From Leucoraja erinacea (lineage: Eukaryota), in the NCBI RefSeq assembly GCF_028641065.1, contig NC_073405.1, forward strand, positions 17,422,001 through 17,486,000: DNA of 64,000 nt, in the 5' to 3' direction. The position numbers were made by a program, and so were the translations under genes. Positions 36,861 through 58,140 of this stretch are shown here, piece after piece; position 1 is the stretch's first letter, and every line of letters begins with the position of its first letter. The notes beneath the pieces were generated by a model, which was given only the letters and a program-made list of their open reading frames with translations, was not told the DNA's origin and ran no database searches.

Positions 36861-37129
36861 AGCGTGGAGTGAGCAGCGGAGAGCTGCATCATTCGCAGCA
36901 TGAGCAAGACGACGCAGATCCATCGTGACGTTATCAGCGAAAGAGTCGTTTCAAAGTTTATTTCAAAGTTTTGTCGGAATCTTGAACATTTTCATTAATA
37001 ACTCGAGAAATAAAGCATGAAATTTTCAGATAAGGAGATTTTGGGCTCCACAGAAAAAATCTCTACCGGAATATGTCAGAAATGTTACCGTTACCGCATC
37101 ATGTTTTCGAGAAGATGTGATTATACACA

Positions 37130-37540
37130 TACATAGAAACATAGAAAATAGGTGCAGGGGTAGGCCATTTGGCCCTTTGAGCTTGCACCGCCATTCAATA
37201 TGATCATGGCTGATCATCCAACTCAGTATCCTGTACCTGCATTCTCTCCATACCCCCTGATCCCTTTAGCCACCAGAGCCACATCTAACTCCCTGTTAAA
37301 TATAGCCAATGAACTGGCCTCAACTACCTTCTGTGGCAGAGAGTTCCAGAGATTCACCACTCTCTGTGTGAAAAATATTTTTCTCATCTTGGTCCTAAAG
37401 GATTTCCCCTTTATCCTTAAACTGTGACCCCTTGTCCTGGACTCCCCCAACATCGGGAACAATCTCCCTGCATCTAGCCTGTCCAACCCCTTAAGAATTT
37501 TGTAAGTTTCTATAAGATCCCCCCTCAATCTCCTAAATTC
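37130..37540 (-). mobile_element. CR1 LINE 3' fragment
   Basis: Near-identical to 22529-22940. Confidence 0.9.
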
Positions 37541-39669
37541 ACACACACACACACATCCAAGATCAGAGTTTTATAAGTATAGAGATGTTATTTATTTTTT
37601 ATATTATTAAATCAAAACCAAGAATTATAAATTCACATTTCAAAAGTGGTTTCATAATTCAGTAGTACTGATTTTCAGTATTCCATACTGATATTTGAGA
37701 ATACAGGTACATGAGGTTGCATGCAAAATACTGATTATCAAAAATCCAGTTTCTGTGTAGTACATTCTGTAGATTGGCTATTTCATACTAGCCAATTATG
37801 GTGTTTGTTACTAGTAACTCTGCCTACTATGTACTTCATATTATCAAGAGCTTGCTTACGCTAGTTAGAATGAACAGCAGCTCGGAGATGTGATGATTGC
37901 AGATCCTTGCTGTATGTAGATTTAATAAATATGTGTTGTATCTTGATGTGGGTTCGAGTTGACTCATTACATGGTGTCAGAGAGTAAATCTTGCTCCGCG
38001 CATGAGCAAGACGACGCAACTCGTGTCGCCGTCCCAAGTCCTCTGAAACATCAGTGGTGGGGGATCAACGTGGAGGGAGCAGCGGGGAAGGGAAGAAGGA
38101 TCTCCTGTGGCGTTCGTTGCTACATCTTTTAATGGATTGTCTAGATACTTTGTGCCCCAGTGTGTCATGGATTGAACATTACGGTCAATATGAACTCACA
38201 GAAATCCCCTCCATGAACCTCCCATTATCCAAGGACTGGATGGTGGCCTCTCCACAGAAAAAATCATCCTGGACCAGTCCAGTTTATTGTCCACCTACAA
38301 GGTATTTGCCAAAATGCATCCACACTATTGATGGAGGACAGGGGACAAGGGTGTTCATCTCCTCCTAAAGTCCAACACTAACTCCTTAGTAAAATGTGAG
38401 CTGCAGGTGATCGATGTGATCAACACATACTTGTGTGCTAGAAACCCCGAAAATAGGTATTTTAACTCACTAGTTCCATTTTCTCCCAATGGCCCATCGC
38501 CTTAGCTTGGGCATCTTGCCATGAAAATCTATCCCCAAATATCATCATCTCAAATTCCATCTCCATCTGTATTCTTTTCAGAATCAGTTTCCTGTGATCC
38601 TCCCTTCTCTTTGGGTAGGGTGTGATCCCTAGAATGATTACATCTCCAATGACTTACTACCACATCTAACTCCCTGTTATGGGTATAGCAATGGTTTCAG
38701 CCTCAACTTCCTTCTGTGGCAGATTCTTTTTTAGAGCAAAGACAAGTTGGAGCAAAACGTGAAGTTGTGGCCTTTATAGAGCTTTGGTTGTGAGGAAAGG
38801 ATTAGCAGGTCAACAATGAAAAATGTACAAATGGTGATAGAGGGAGTGAAAGGAGGGGGAGGGGTTATTATGCTTTAGTCAATGGAATTGAGAACGTCAT
38901 GGTGGCCACTCAAGAGAGGACATGGTTTGTCCATTAGGCAATATGGATAGAGCTCAAAAAATACTGCAATCACTCTAATGGTATTCTATATTAGCTTCTC
39001 AAATGGGCAGCAGTTGGAGGAACGAAACGTAAATAAATTGCGGAAATATGCAAAAGCAAAAAACAGGGTTGTCGTGGTTGGACTTAAAATCCTCAATATT
39101 GACCCAGGACTTAATACAAAAACACAAATTGCCAGTTCAGCAGAATCATAGCCTGTATTGTAAACCCCTATCTGCAGTTCTGAATTTGATAAGTTTCTCA
39201 AAAATGTCAGCATAAGAATAGAGCAGTAAAGGTATATGGTGTGCCCCCTTCATATCTCCTAAATTGTATGACATTGGTTAGACTGCATTTGGAATATCAT
39301 CAGGTCTCTATCATTACAAGATGTGGAGACTTGAGAATACAGATATGTTTGCCATGTTATGCTATTTTTTATTTTTATTAAAAGTTTAGGCAAACCTGGA
39401 ATGTATTGTCTGCATCATTTGTGGGAGAACCAACAGTAGATAAAATTATGAGGGCATTTCCGTGCAAATAAAACTTTTTCCCAAAAGTAGCTTAAAGTAA
39501 ATCAAAACAAATAATTGTGGGAGTTTCTTTATGCAGTGTGTGGTGGGTGCCTGGAATGCATGCTGGGGTGGAGGAGGAAGCAAATTCAGTATTCCTTGTA
39601 CTGTGGATATTATGGGGAATACAGGGATATGGTTGCATGCAAATACTGATTATCAAAAATCAGTTTCTG

Positions 39670-40010
39670 TGTAGTACATTGTGTAGATTGGCTATTTCAT
39701 ACTAGCCGTTCTATGGTGTTTGTTACTAGTAACTCTGCCTACTATGTACTTCATATTATCAAGAGCTTGCTTACGCTAGTTAGAATGAACAGCAGCTCGG
39801 AGATGTGATGATTGCAGATCCTTGCTGTATGTAGATTTAATAAATATGTGTTGTATCTTGATGTGTGTTCGAGTTGACTCATTACATGGTGTCAGAGAGT
39901 GAATCTTGCCCACTCCGCGCATGTTTATCGGGTTTTATTTTCTTCTGATTATTTTGTGTATTTTATATCTTAATCATGGCAAACTCATGTCGCCGTCCAA
40001 GTCCTCTGAA
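39670..40010 (+). mobile_element. Gypsy-like LTR, primer-binding site and truncated gag start
   Basis: TGTA...TACA (39670-39886) containing AATAAA, then TGGTGTCAGA, then MANSCRRPSPL. Confidence 0.65.
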
Positions 40011-40029
40011 ACCCCCCCCCCCGCGGGAC

Positions 40030-40545
40030 CAGTGGTGGGGATCAACGTGGAGTGAGCAGCGGGGAGCTGCTCCCAGGGAAGAAGGATCTCCTGTGGCGTT
40101 CTGTGCTACATCTTGGTGGAACCAGTCAGTTGCTGAAGATACTCCTCAGGTTGCCCAGTGTGTCATGGATGGGGGTGAGCTGTACGGTCCAAGATGCTGC
40201 ACAGTTTGAGAAGCATCCTCCCCTCCAAGACCACCTCCCATGAATACAACTCCACCCCCAGGATGGTGCCAGCCTTCCTGATGAGTGTCCGCGGCCTTCA
40301 CCCTACAAAGTACAGCCGGCTCTGTCCCTTCCTGTACGGAGCCTCAGCTTTCCTGGACCAGTCCAGTTTATTGTCCAGGTACACTCCAAGGTATTTGTAC
40401 TCCTTGGTAAACTGCACATCCACACCTATTGATGGAGACAGGGGACAAGGGTGTTCATCTCCTCCTAAAGTCCACCACTAACTCCTTAGTCTTGTCAATG
40501 TTGAGCTGCAGGTGATTCAGCTCACACCACTCAACACTTCCCTTG
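40030..40545 (-). mobile_element. Rex1/Babar-like LINE reverse-transcriptase fragment
   Basis: Minus strand encodes WCELNHLQLNIDKTKELVVDFRR and EYKYLGVYLDNKLDW. Confidence 0.75.
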
Positions 40546-43500
40546 TGTGTCTCTTCTTTATTACCCCGATATCTGCTTTGGCGTCCCGTATTTTAACTCA
40601 CTGGCAGTCCAACTAGCCTTTCTCCCACCACTGACTGCCATGCCTTCAGCCATCCAAATCCTGGGAATCTTTGAAATTCTCTCCCCAAAATATCCCTCCT
40701 CTCAACATCCATCTCCATCTGTATCTTTTCAGAATCCTTTTCTTTGATCCTCCAAAACCTCTTTGGGTGCCTTGGTGTTCAGTTAGACTGATTACATCTC
40801 CAACTGATTTACTCCACTTGAGGTAAGTCTGGTTTTATTGGGTAACAGTCTGGTTTCAGGCTCCTGATTTCCTTCTTCAGGAGGATTTTTTTTTTAAGAG
40901 GCAGATTTTAAAACAACCTTTGGGCGCAAAGACAAGTTGGAGCAAAACGTGGAATGATGAAGTTGTGGCCTTTATAGAGATTTGGTTGTGAGGACAGGAT
41001 TAGCAGGTCAACAATCCAGAATTTCAATGTTACAAATGTGATAGAGGGAGGAAAAGGAGGGGGGGGGTTATTGCTTTACTAATCAATGAGAATTGAGAAC
41101 GTCATGGTGGCACTCAAGAGAGGACATTTGGTTTGTCCATTAAGGCAATATGGATAGAGCTCAAAAATACGTAGGTGCAATCACTCTAATGGTATTCTAT
41201 TATTAGCTTCTCAATGGGCAGCAGTTGGAGGAACAGAAACGTAGATAAATTGCGGAAATATGCAAAAGCAACAGGGTTGTCGTGGTTGGCGACTTTAACT
41301 TCCTCAATATTGACCAGGACTTAATACAAAAACACAAATTGCTCAGTAACTCAGCAGAAGTGACATTTCAGCAATTTGTGCCTATATTGTAAACCCGTAT
41401 CTGCAGTTCCTGGTTAATGGTAATATGCATTCATATGCAGAGAAATCATAAGAGTCCACAGTTCTCTAAAAATGTCAGCACAAGTGAATAGAGCAGTAAA
41501 GGTATATGGTGTGCCTGCCTTCATTAGTTAAGGCATTGAGTCGGGAAATCATGACGCAGCATTGTATGACATTGGTTAGACTGCATTTGGAATATCATGT
41601 GCAGTTCTTTGCTTTATTACAAGATGTGGAGACTTGAGAATACAGATGATGTTTGCCAGAAAGCTGCTTGGTTCACAGGGTTTTAGGTCTAAAAGGTTAG
41701 GCAAACCTGGAATGTATTGTCTGCAACATCAGAGATTGAGTGGAGACCAACAGTAGATAAAATTATGAGGGGCATTGATAGTGCAAATATAAACTTTTTC
41801 CCCAAAGTAGCTTTAAAGTGAAAGGGGTAAATTTTAAATAATTGTGGGAGTTTCTTTATGCAGTGTGTGGTGGGTGCCTGGAATGCATGCCTGGGGTGGA
41901 GGAGGAAGCAAATACAATTGTGGCGCTTGTTAAGCTTTCGTGGATACATAGATATGCAGGGAATGGAGGGATATGGATCAGGTGCTTACAGAGATTAACT
42001 TTGCATCATGTTTGGTACAGACATTGTGTGTCCAAGATCCTGTTCCTATGCTGTTTGTTCTATGTTCCATATAGCACTACTAATTGAAACTAATGCACAC
42101 TGCATCATTAATGGATAAATGAAACCATGGAATAAATCTGTGAATTGTTAACATCTTGGCGAGAGCAGAAACTGAGACATTTGACCAATGGGACATTCAG
42201 TGATGATAGCATCAAAAATGTCACAATGAAGATGAGTTTCACTGATCACGTATCAAATACGTGAAAGCATTTAATCTACTTGAACATACATTGGAGATGT
42301 AGTCAGTGTTTAACTCAATTAAGGTATTTTAATGTGATAGTTCCATTTGCCTGCATTTGACCCATATCCATCTAAACCGTTCCTATCCATGTACATCTAT
42401 CCATGTATTTATATCTCAAGATCAAGTAGGACCAAGCTTTGGTTCTTTTTCAAAATGGATCAATTGATCTTCCTGGAGAATGCAGTTACAACCAGCTACC
42501 TTGCTCTGGCGTTACATGTTAAAACTCAGCCAGTTTTCACCACTCCAGCTTGCTATCAACATCCCTGATTGTTGGGTGCGAGAGGGCAGCACTGGGCTCA
42601 GTTCTAGAAATCGCAGTGAATTGAAAAGTATTAAATGTACCCCCACAGTACAAGAGGGTGGAATTATTAATCATTAGGCATTTAGCCTGACATCAATACT
42701 CAGGAAAATTTTGGAAGCTAATATTGAGCAATTAGAAACTTGGAAAACAAAATTCACAATCTGTTGTCAGATTTAACGGTATTATGAATGGAAACTTCAA
42801 TTTTCTATGGGCAATAGGCTTACTAATGGATATGAAATCTGGAGCAGTGATTATGTTAACATGGAGAGGATTGGCAAGTAAAACGTTTGCTCCCAGTTGT
42901 GCAAACATCTACAAGTATCTCAGTGTATCCAAAACATCTGGTGTGGTCCAAGACATAATAATTCACCCTACCCTCTGTGAAATTAACTCAGCAGTCTTCC
43001 AGTGAGTCTTGAAGGGTCCCGAACCAAAATGTTGTCTGCCCATTTCCCTCCATAGATGTTGCCTAACCCGATATATCCAAGTTTTCCCCCCTCATGAAGT
43101 TTCAGTATCCAGTTGCTCATCCTGCCATCAGGCAAGGAGAGGTAGCATCAAAAGCCCGGTCTCTAAACAGCTTCACCACAGGCTACTGCTAAACAGTCCT
43201 TACTCTGACGGATTTGAATACTGGCACTGGCCACTCACATCAGCATATCAAGGTTTCATTGAATTTTAGTGTTTTTTTTAGAACTATGTTCCATCAGAGC
43301 AAAGAGGATGCATTGTGACTCATGTGGGTAATAGGAAGAACATGATGATCATTGCAACTACTATCTCGAGTGACATCACGTTCTGGCTCTCGTACCTTAG
43401 TGTTCTCCCTCCTGCCTTGTATTCTGTATGAGGACTTATTTAGCCTCACTTATTATGAGGCTAAATAAGTCCTCATACAGAATAGTTGAGAAGAACTACA

Positions 43501-44292
43501 AACTGCATTATCCTGCAGCATTCACTCAATTTACCAGGTTTGAGAAAATGGTTATGAATTATGATGCAATCTATAGGGTCATGTTCTGATATTTAATATC
43601 ATGACTGACCTGAATGCAACCTCAACTCTACATTGTTCATACCCCAGGTAACCTTTCGCCCCCTTTATTTATTAAGAACCTACCCCTGCCATAAGAATAT
43701 CCATTGTTTCCACTGGTCCTTGAGGTAGACACCCAATCCTCAGAAAAAAAATCACTTATTTTTAAACAGTGAATCCTAGTTTTAGATTATCCCAGGAAAC
43801 TACCCCATAAAGACATCATCTGGGGCACCCCACCCAATCTGTGTGTAAGCCGAACCAGCCAATTCTGCCATACTCACCCGTTAACACAGAACTGTAGAAA
43901 TACACGGCAAAGCCAGACATGTCTAACAAGAGATATCAGGCAGACCTGGAGTCACATCCACTGTCTATATTTATTTTAGAGATACAGCATGGAAACAGTC
44001 CCTTCAGCCCACGCCAACCTGTTCACAATAGTTCTATGTTGTCCACATTCACACCCGACACACCAGAAGCTTTGTGAGAAACCCGCACGTCTTTGTGATG
44101 TGGGAAGAAACCCACATGGTCACAGGGGGAACATGCAACTCTACACAGATTGAACAGCCTATCAGCTACACAACTGTGCTGTCCCCATGCATTAAAAGTT
44201 TGTAGAGAAGTTTCCTTATTTTCAGATTGAGGTTAGATACTATTAGTCAAAAAAAATAATGGGGAAGGCAAGGTAACTTTCCAAATGATAGC

Positions 44293-44298
44293 TTTATT
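44293..44298 (-). terminator. rpl37 polyadenylation signal
   Basis: AATAAA about 25 nt after the stop codon. Confidence 0.85.
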
Positions 44299-44321
44299 TG
44301 TTACATTGGTACACCAACAGT

Positions 44322-52643
<8,322 letters not shown>

Positions 52644-52715
52644 TTTCACAGCGCGCTCGAAAGACCGGAAATAAGCCTCCGACAACTACTTATACTCTGA
52701 TATCGGAAGCGATTT
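52644..52715 (-). promoter_or_regulatory. rpl37 5'UTR/promoter (pyrimidine-rich TOP-like start, TATA-like box, ETS site)
   Basis: CTTATTTCCGGTCTTT upstream of the ATG, TATAAG near 52690, CGGAAG near 52704, and a CpG-rich start to intron 1. Confidence 0.65.
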
Positions 52716-52995
52716 GTTGCTGACCCTAGTCCCACCTTCAAATCCGTTGCTGAACAACTGATGGCAACTAATAGTTCCGACCTCAAGAAAACATACGCGG
52801 GCCTGCCTGCGAGTGGAAATATAACAGCAAGTTTGTAAACCTGCAGAACATTTTTTCTTAGTTGAAATACGGAACTGGAGAGAGCGAACTTCGAACTTCC
52901 CTCCCTCCCTCGCCTGCTTCCAAAACAAGGAGAGAGAGAGAGTCCATGTACTGCTTTGCCACCAAGGGGGACAATCCTGACATTGATCTCTTGAC

Positions 52996-55075
52996 ATAGA
53001 AACATAGAAAATAGGTGCAGGTGGAGGCCATTCGGCCCTTCGAGCCAGCACCGCCATTCACACAGAGAGTGGTGAATCTCTGGAACTCTCTGCCACAGAG
53101 GGTAGTTGAGGCCAGTTCATTGGCTATATTTAAGAGGGAGTTAGATGTGGCTAAGGGGATCAGGGGGTATGGAGAGAAGGCAGGTACGGGATACTGAGTT
53201 GGATGATCAGCCATGATCATATTGAATGGCGGTGCAGGCTCGAAGGGCCGAATGGCCTACTCCTGCACCTAATTTCTATGTTTCTATGTTCATTGTGATC
53301 ATGGCTGATCGTCCCCGATTAATAACCCGTGACTGCCTTCTCCCCATATCCCTTGATTCCACTTAGCCCCTAGAGCTCTAACTAACTCTCTCTTAAATCC
53401 ATCCAGTGATTTGGCCTCCACTGCCCTCTGTGACAGGGAATTCCACAAATTCACAACTCCGGGTGAAAACTTTTTTCTCAGTCTTAAATGACCTCCCCAT
53501 TATTCTTAGACTGTGGCCCCTAGTTCTGGACTCGCCCAACATTGGGAACATTTTCCTGCATCCAGCTTGTCCAGTCCTTTTATAATTGTATATGTTTCTA
53601 CAAGAATCCCCCTCATTCTTCTAAACGCCAGTGAATACAAGCCTAGTCTTTTCAATCTTTGCTCACATGACAGTCCTGCCATCCCAGGGATCAATCTCGT
53701 GAACCTACGCTGCACTGCCTCAATCACAAGGATGTCCTTCCTCAAATTTGGAGACCAAAACTGTACACAATACTCCAGATGTGGTCTTACCAGAGATACA
53801 ACTGCAGAAGAACCAATTTACTCCTATACTGAAATCCTGTTGTTATGAAGACCAACATCCATTAGCTTTCTTCATTGCCTGCTGTACCTGCACGCCAACT
53901 TTCAGTAACTGGTGTACAATGACACCCAGGTCCCCCTTATCTAACCTAACCCCATTGAGATAATAATCTGCACCCTTGTTTTTTGCTGCCAAAGTGGATA
54001 ACCTCACATTTATCTATATTATACTGCATCTGCCCACTCACTCAACCTGTCCAGGTCACCCTGCAACCTCCTAACATCCTCTTCACTGTCCACACTGCCA
54101 CCCAGCTTTGTGTCATCTGCAAACCTGCTAGTGTTGCTCCTAATTCCTTCTTCCAAATAATTAATATACATGATAAACAATTGCGGCCCCAACACCAAGC
54201 CTTGCGGCACTCCACTTGCCACTGCCTGCCATTCTGAAAAGGACCTGTTCACTCCTACTCTTTGCTTCCTGTCTGCCAACCAATTTTCTATCCATGTCAA
54301 CACCCTACCCCCAATACCATGTGCTCTAATTTTAGTCACCAGTCTCCCGTGCGGGACATTATCAAAAGCTTTCTGAAAGTCTAGATACACTACATGCATT
54401 GGCTCCCCTTCGTCCATTTTACTTGTCACATCCTCAAAAAAATCCAGAAGATTAGTCAAGCATGATTGCCCTTTCATAAATCCATGTTGACTTGGACTAA
54501 TCCTTTTACTGCTATCCAAATGCCCCCATTATTACCTCTTTAATAATTGACTCCAGTATCATTCCCACCACCGAAGTCAGGCTAACTGGTCTGTAATTCC
54601 CCTGTTTTCTCTCTCGCTCCTTTCTTGAAAAGTGGGATAGCATTAGCTACCCTCCAATCCACAGGAACTGATCCTGAATCTATTGAACATTGGAAAATGA
54701 TCACCAATGCGTCCACTATTTCTAGAGCCACCTCCCTGAGGACCCTGGGATGCAGACCATCCGGCCCAGGGGATTTATCATCCTTCAGTCCCATTAGCCT
54801 ACCCAATACTATTTCTCGCCTAATGAAAATTTATTTCAGTTCCTCTACCCCCTTTGTCCTCCAGTACATCTGGGAGATTGTTTGTGTCTTCCTTAGTGAA
54901 GACAGATCCAAAGTACCTGTTCAACTCTTCTGCCATTTCCTTGTTACCCATAATAATTTCACCCATGTCTGCCTTCAAGGGACCCACATTTGACTTTGCT
55001 ACTCTTTTCCCCTTAACATATCTAAAGAAGCTTTTACTGTCCTTCTTTATATTCCTGGCCAGCTTCCCCTCGTAC
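52996..55075 (-). mobile_element. ~2-kb CR1 LINE fragment (RT domain) with an oppositely oriented CR1 3' end nested at 53060-53289
   Basis: KSPGPDGLHPRVL, QHGF, YLDFQKAFD, GVPQG and FADD motifs, with frameshifts. Confidence 0.92.
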
Positions 55076-56330
55076 TGGAGCTGTAAGGAAGAACCCCCTG
55101 CCAACTATGTCACGATACAACCCCAAAAACTAATCATTGTTTATTTGAAATTCTTAATTGAATTTAAATTGCAGAGATGCCACAGTGGTATTATTTACTC
55201 AGTTGTCTGGAATGTTCTCTGTACTCCCACTGATAATTTAACCAGTACATCTATAGCTGGTATGAATGAATTTCATGGCATGCAGAAAAGGCACGAAGGT
55301 TAGTAGTAAGATACAGTAAGAATGTATTGCAGCCTCCCACTGAAAATTGTAGTCCGTCAGGCTGACTTATATGGTCTTGTAGTCTGGTGGGCTGATTTCT
55401 ACTGTGCTGAGGCCAGGCACTAGCTCTCGGACACCTCCTCATACTTAACCCTTGACAATGACCCTACAGACGAACACCAGGCCATCATCTGTCAAGCTAT
55501 TTCTAATCTCACTGCCTCTGGCGATCTCCCTTCCACAGCCTCCAACCTTCTATCGTTCCCCAGGCCTGAAACTCAACCTCCATTTACCCTGTGGTGGATT
55601 GGAGAAATACGCATCCACACTCTTGAATCAGAATTTAATGTATTATCTATTTCTGCTCAAAATTTGAAGGCCAGTAATTTAACTCAAATATTGGTCTCTT
55701 CAAAATTTGCGGTTTATAATGCTATTAAAAAAAACTCAAAGGATTGTCAGAATGTATGAATAGAATTGTCCTTGCTGTGGGACATTAACATTTATCAAGG
55801 AATAATTATTTGGCCTTGACCTTTTTTTAATACATTTCTGCAGTTTTGCGTGATCTTTAATATTTATTTATAATAGGTTTGCCTGCAGTTTCAATAGAGA
55901 GCCACTGGGCAGCAGCACAGTATGTGCAACCCTGTGCTGGATTGAGGAGGAAGTTCTTCGAGGCACCTGCAATCATGAAACCAGGAAATTAATAAGTAAC
56001 ATTTTCAGCCTGCACAAATAAGCAACAGGATTAGTACAGCTCCAGAGTTAAGAATATCTGACAGAAGATACTCTTACCAACACGTCTTACAGCAAGTAAG
56101 GGCTCGTAAATGATGAACCCCACTTCCATAACATTAAATAGAGTAAGCAATTCTGATGTCATTTCACTCTTATCCCCAAGTTTTTGATGATAAAATCAGA
56201 GAACATGGATTTATTTTTGGCGCTGAAGGGCGTCATTCTTGCTTTTGCACAGGATGCATCCCAACTGCCCTTGTTCAGACAGCTTTTTTACCCACCAGCC
56301 AGGCCTCCATATTATCTGACCTTTGCCAGC

Positions 56331-56365
56331 ATTCAGATTCAGATTCAGATTCAGATTCAGATTCA
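56331..56365. repeat. (ATTCAG)n microsatellite, probably a retroelement tail
   Basis: Read directly from the sequence. Confidence 0.9.
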
Positions 56366-58140
56366 ATTTAATTGTCATTGTCAGTGTACAGTACAGAGAC
56401 AACGAAATGCATGTGCAGTACAGAGACAACGAAATGCAAATTCTCCTACTGCCAGCTTGATGCAGTCTGAAAATGTAGTTGCTGCAGCCCATTCTTACAT
56501 TGTTGCCAATACAGTTACCCGCCCACTCATTAAAGCATTGAACCACTTCTGGCTCTCATGTAGCAGGGAATCCCAGGATGTATTGTCAAAGTGGACTTTA
56601 CATCTCTGCATATCACTGGTCTGATGATAATATAACTTTGGTAGTCTCACCTCCCTATCATTTGATAGCATTATTTATGCCTTTCTTACATTTCCTTGAC
56701 CAAATTTACCAGTTTACCCACACCATATTGTGTGTCACTAATAGAGAGTGAATACAGCAACGTTTTGGGAATTACTGAAGAGAGTTCCTAACACGTAGTG
56801 TAGCATACCATGGTTGCTCAGGAAATATTTAACTCAGACCGTTGATGCGAGTCTGGCTTTTAAAAGCTCAAAGTCGGCTTTACCAACAGAAGGTCCACAT
56901 CAAGAACCAGTTCTGATCTCCCAAAGTCGGGGAATGATTTCAACATGGCTGGGGAACAATGACAATGATCTTGAGGGAAGGGTGAACTACAGGTGGAAGC
57001 CTGAGATTAACATGCCCACTCCTTCGAAACCCGGACTGAGCTGCGGGACAAGTCCAAAATTGCCAGCGCCACCACACATGCGCCCTGACGGTGAGGAACA
57101 GTGCCCCCATGCAGCCCAGGACTTACTTACCACTGTAAATAAATTAGATCATCATGAGGTCACCCTGCTGCGAGTGTTGATGTGGTCACTGCCAAACCTT
57201 TTTTTTAAATTTATATTTTTATTTATTAGAAGCAAATGTACAAAAATAGAACCAACGGCATAAAATAATACAGTTATTGTACAGCTTCAATTTTAACTTT
57301 TAGCTATAGTTGGAAGAAAAGAAAGAAGAAAAAGCAAGAAAGAGAAAAAGAGATGTGCAAAGATAGAACCCCTAGACTACCAAAGTGGAGTAGCCAAAGT
57401 GTGAATAAATGAAAGAAAGAAGAGAGGAATAGAAAAAAGGACAAAAAGAGAAAGAAAGAAAAAAGTGGTGATATACCTGCCCCACCCACCTCACCCAACC
57501 CGTAATTACATTTAAATCCAAAGTTGTGTTGTACCGTACTATCCTTGTAATAAATCAAGGAATGGTATCCATGTCTTCGAAAAATGATCTGGTTTTTCTG
57601 CCAAGACAAGTCTAATATTTTCAAGATGTAGTGTCTCGGACATGAAGGCTCATCAAGTCCTTGTAAATCCTGCACTCTTCCCAACTTAACGAATCCTTCC
57701 TATAGCAGAGTAACCAAAACTATACCGGGGGGGGGCAAAACAACGTAATCTCTTGTGCGAAATTTTTACTTTTATTTTCTTGAAGTCTATTTAAAATATA
57801 TCTATATATCCATGCCAACTATATTCATGTCCTCCATTTCCATTCCAACACTGCCCCCACTGAGCAACCCCCCAAACCCTCACCATGGCCCAAATCACAG
57901 GCAGTTGCACCCTGAAATAATTCCGTTATGTTACAATATGACCTCCATAATGTTTGGGACAAAGACCCATCATTTATTTATTTGCCTCTGTACTTCACAA
58001 TTTGAGATTTGTAATAGAAACAAATCACGTGATTAAAGTGCACATTATCAGATTTTAATAAAGGCCATTTTAATACATTTTGATTTCACCATGTAGAAAT
58101 TACAACATGTTTCATCCCTCCATTTCAGGGCACCATAATG

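Larger units (their letters stand above)
37716..41975. repeat. Apparent tandem duplication (37716-39631 / 39631-41975); first copy probably an assembly artefact
   Basis: Copies are collinear; the first is full of micro-deletions and foreign patches. Confidence 0.8.

Noticed and set aside
36413-36923. Proline-rich or glycine-rich ORFs
   Set aside because: Translations of the polypurine tract.
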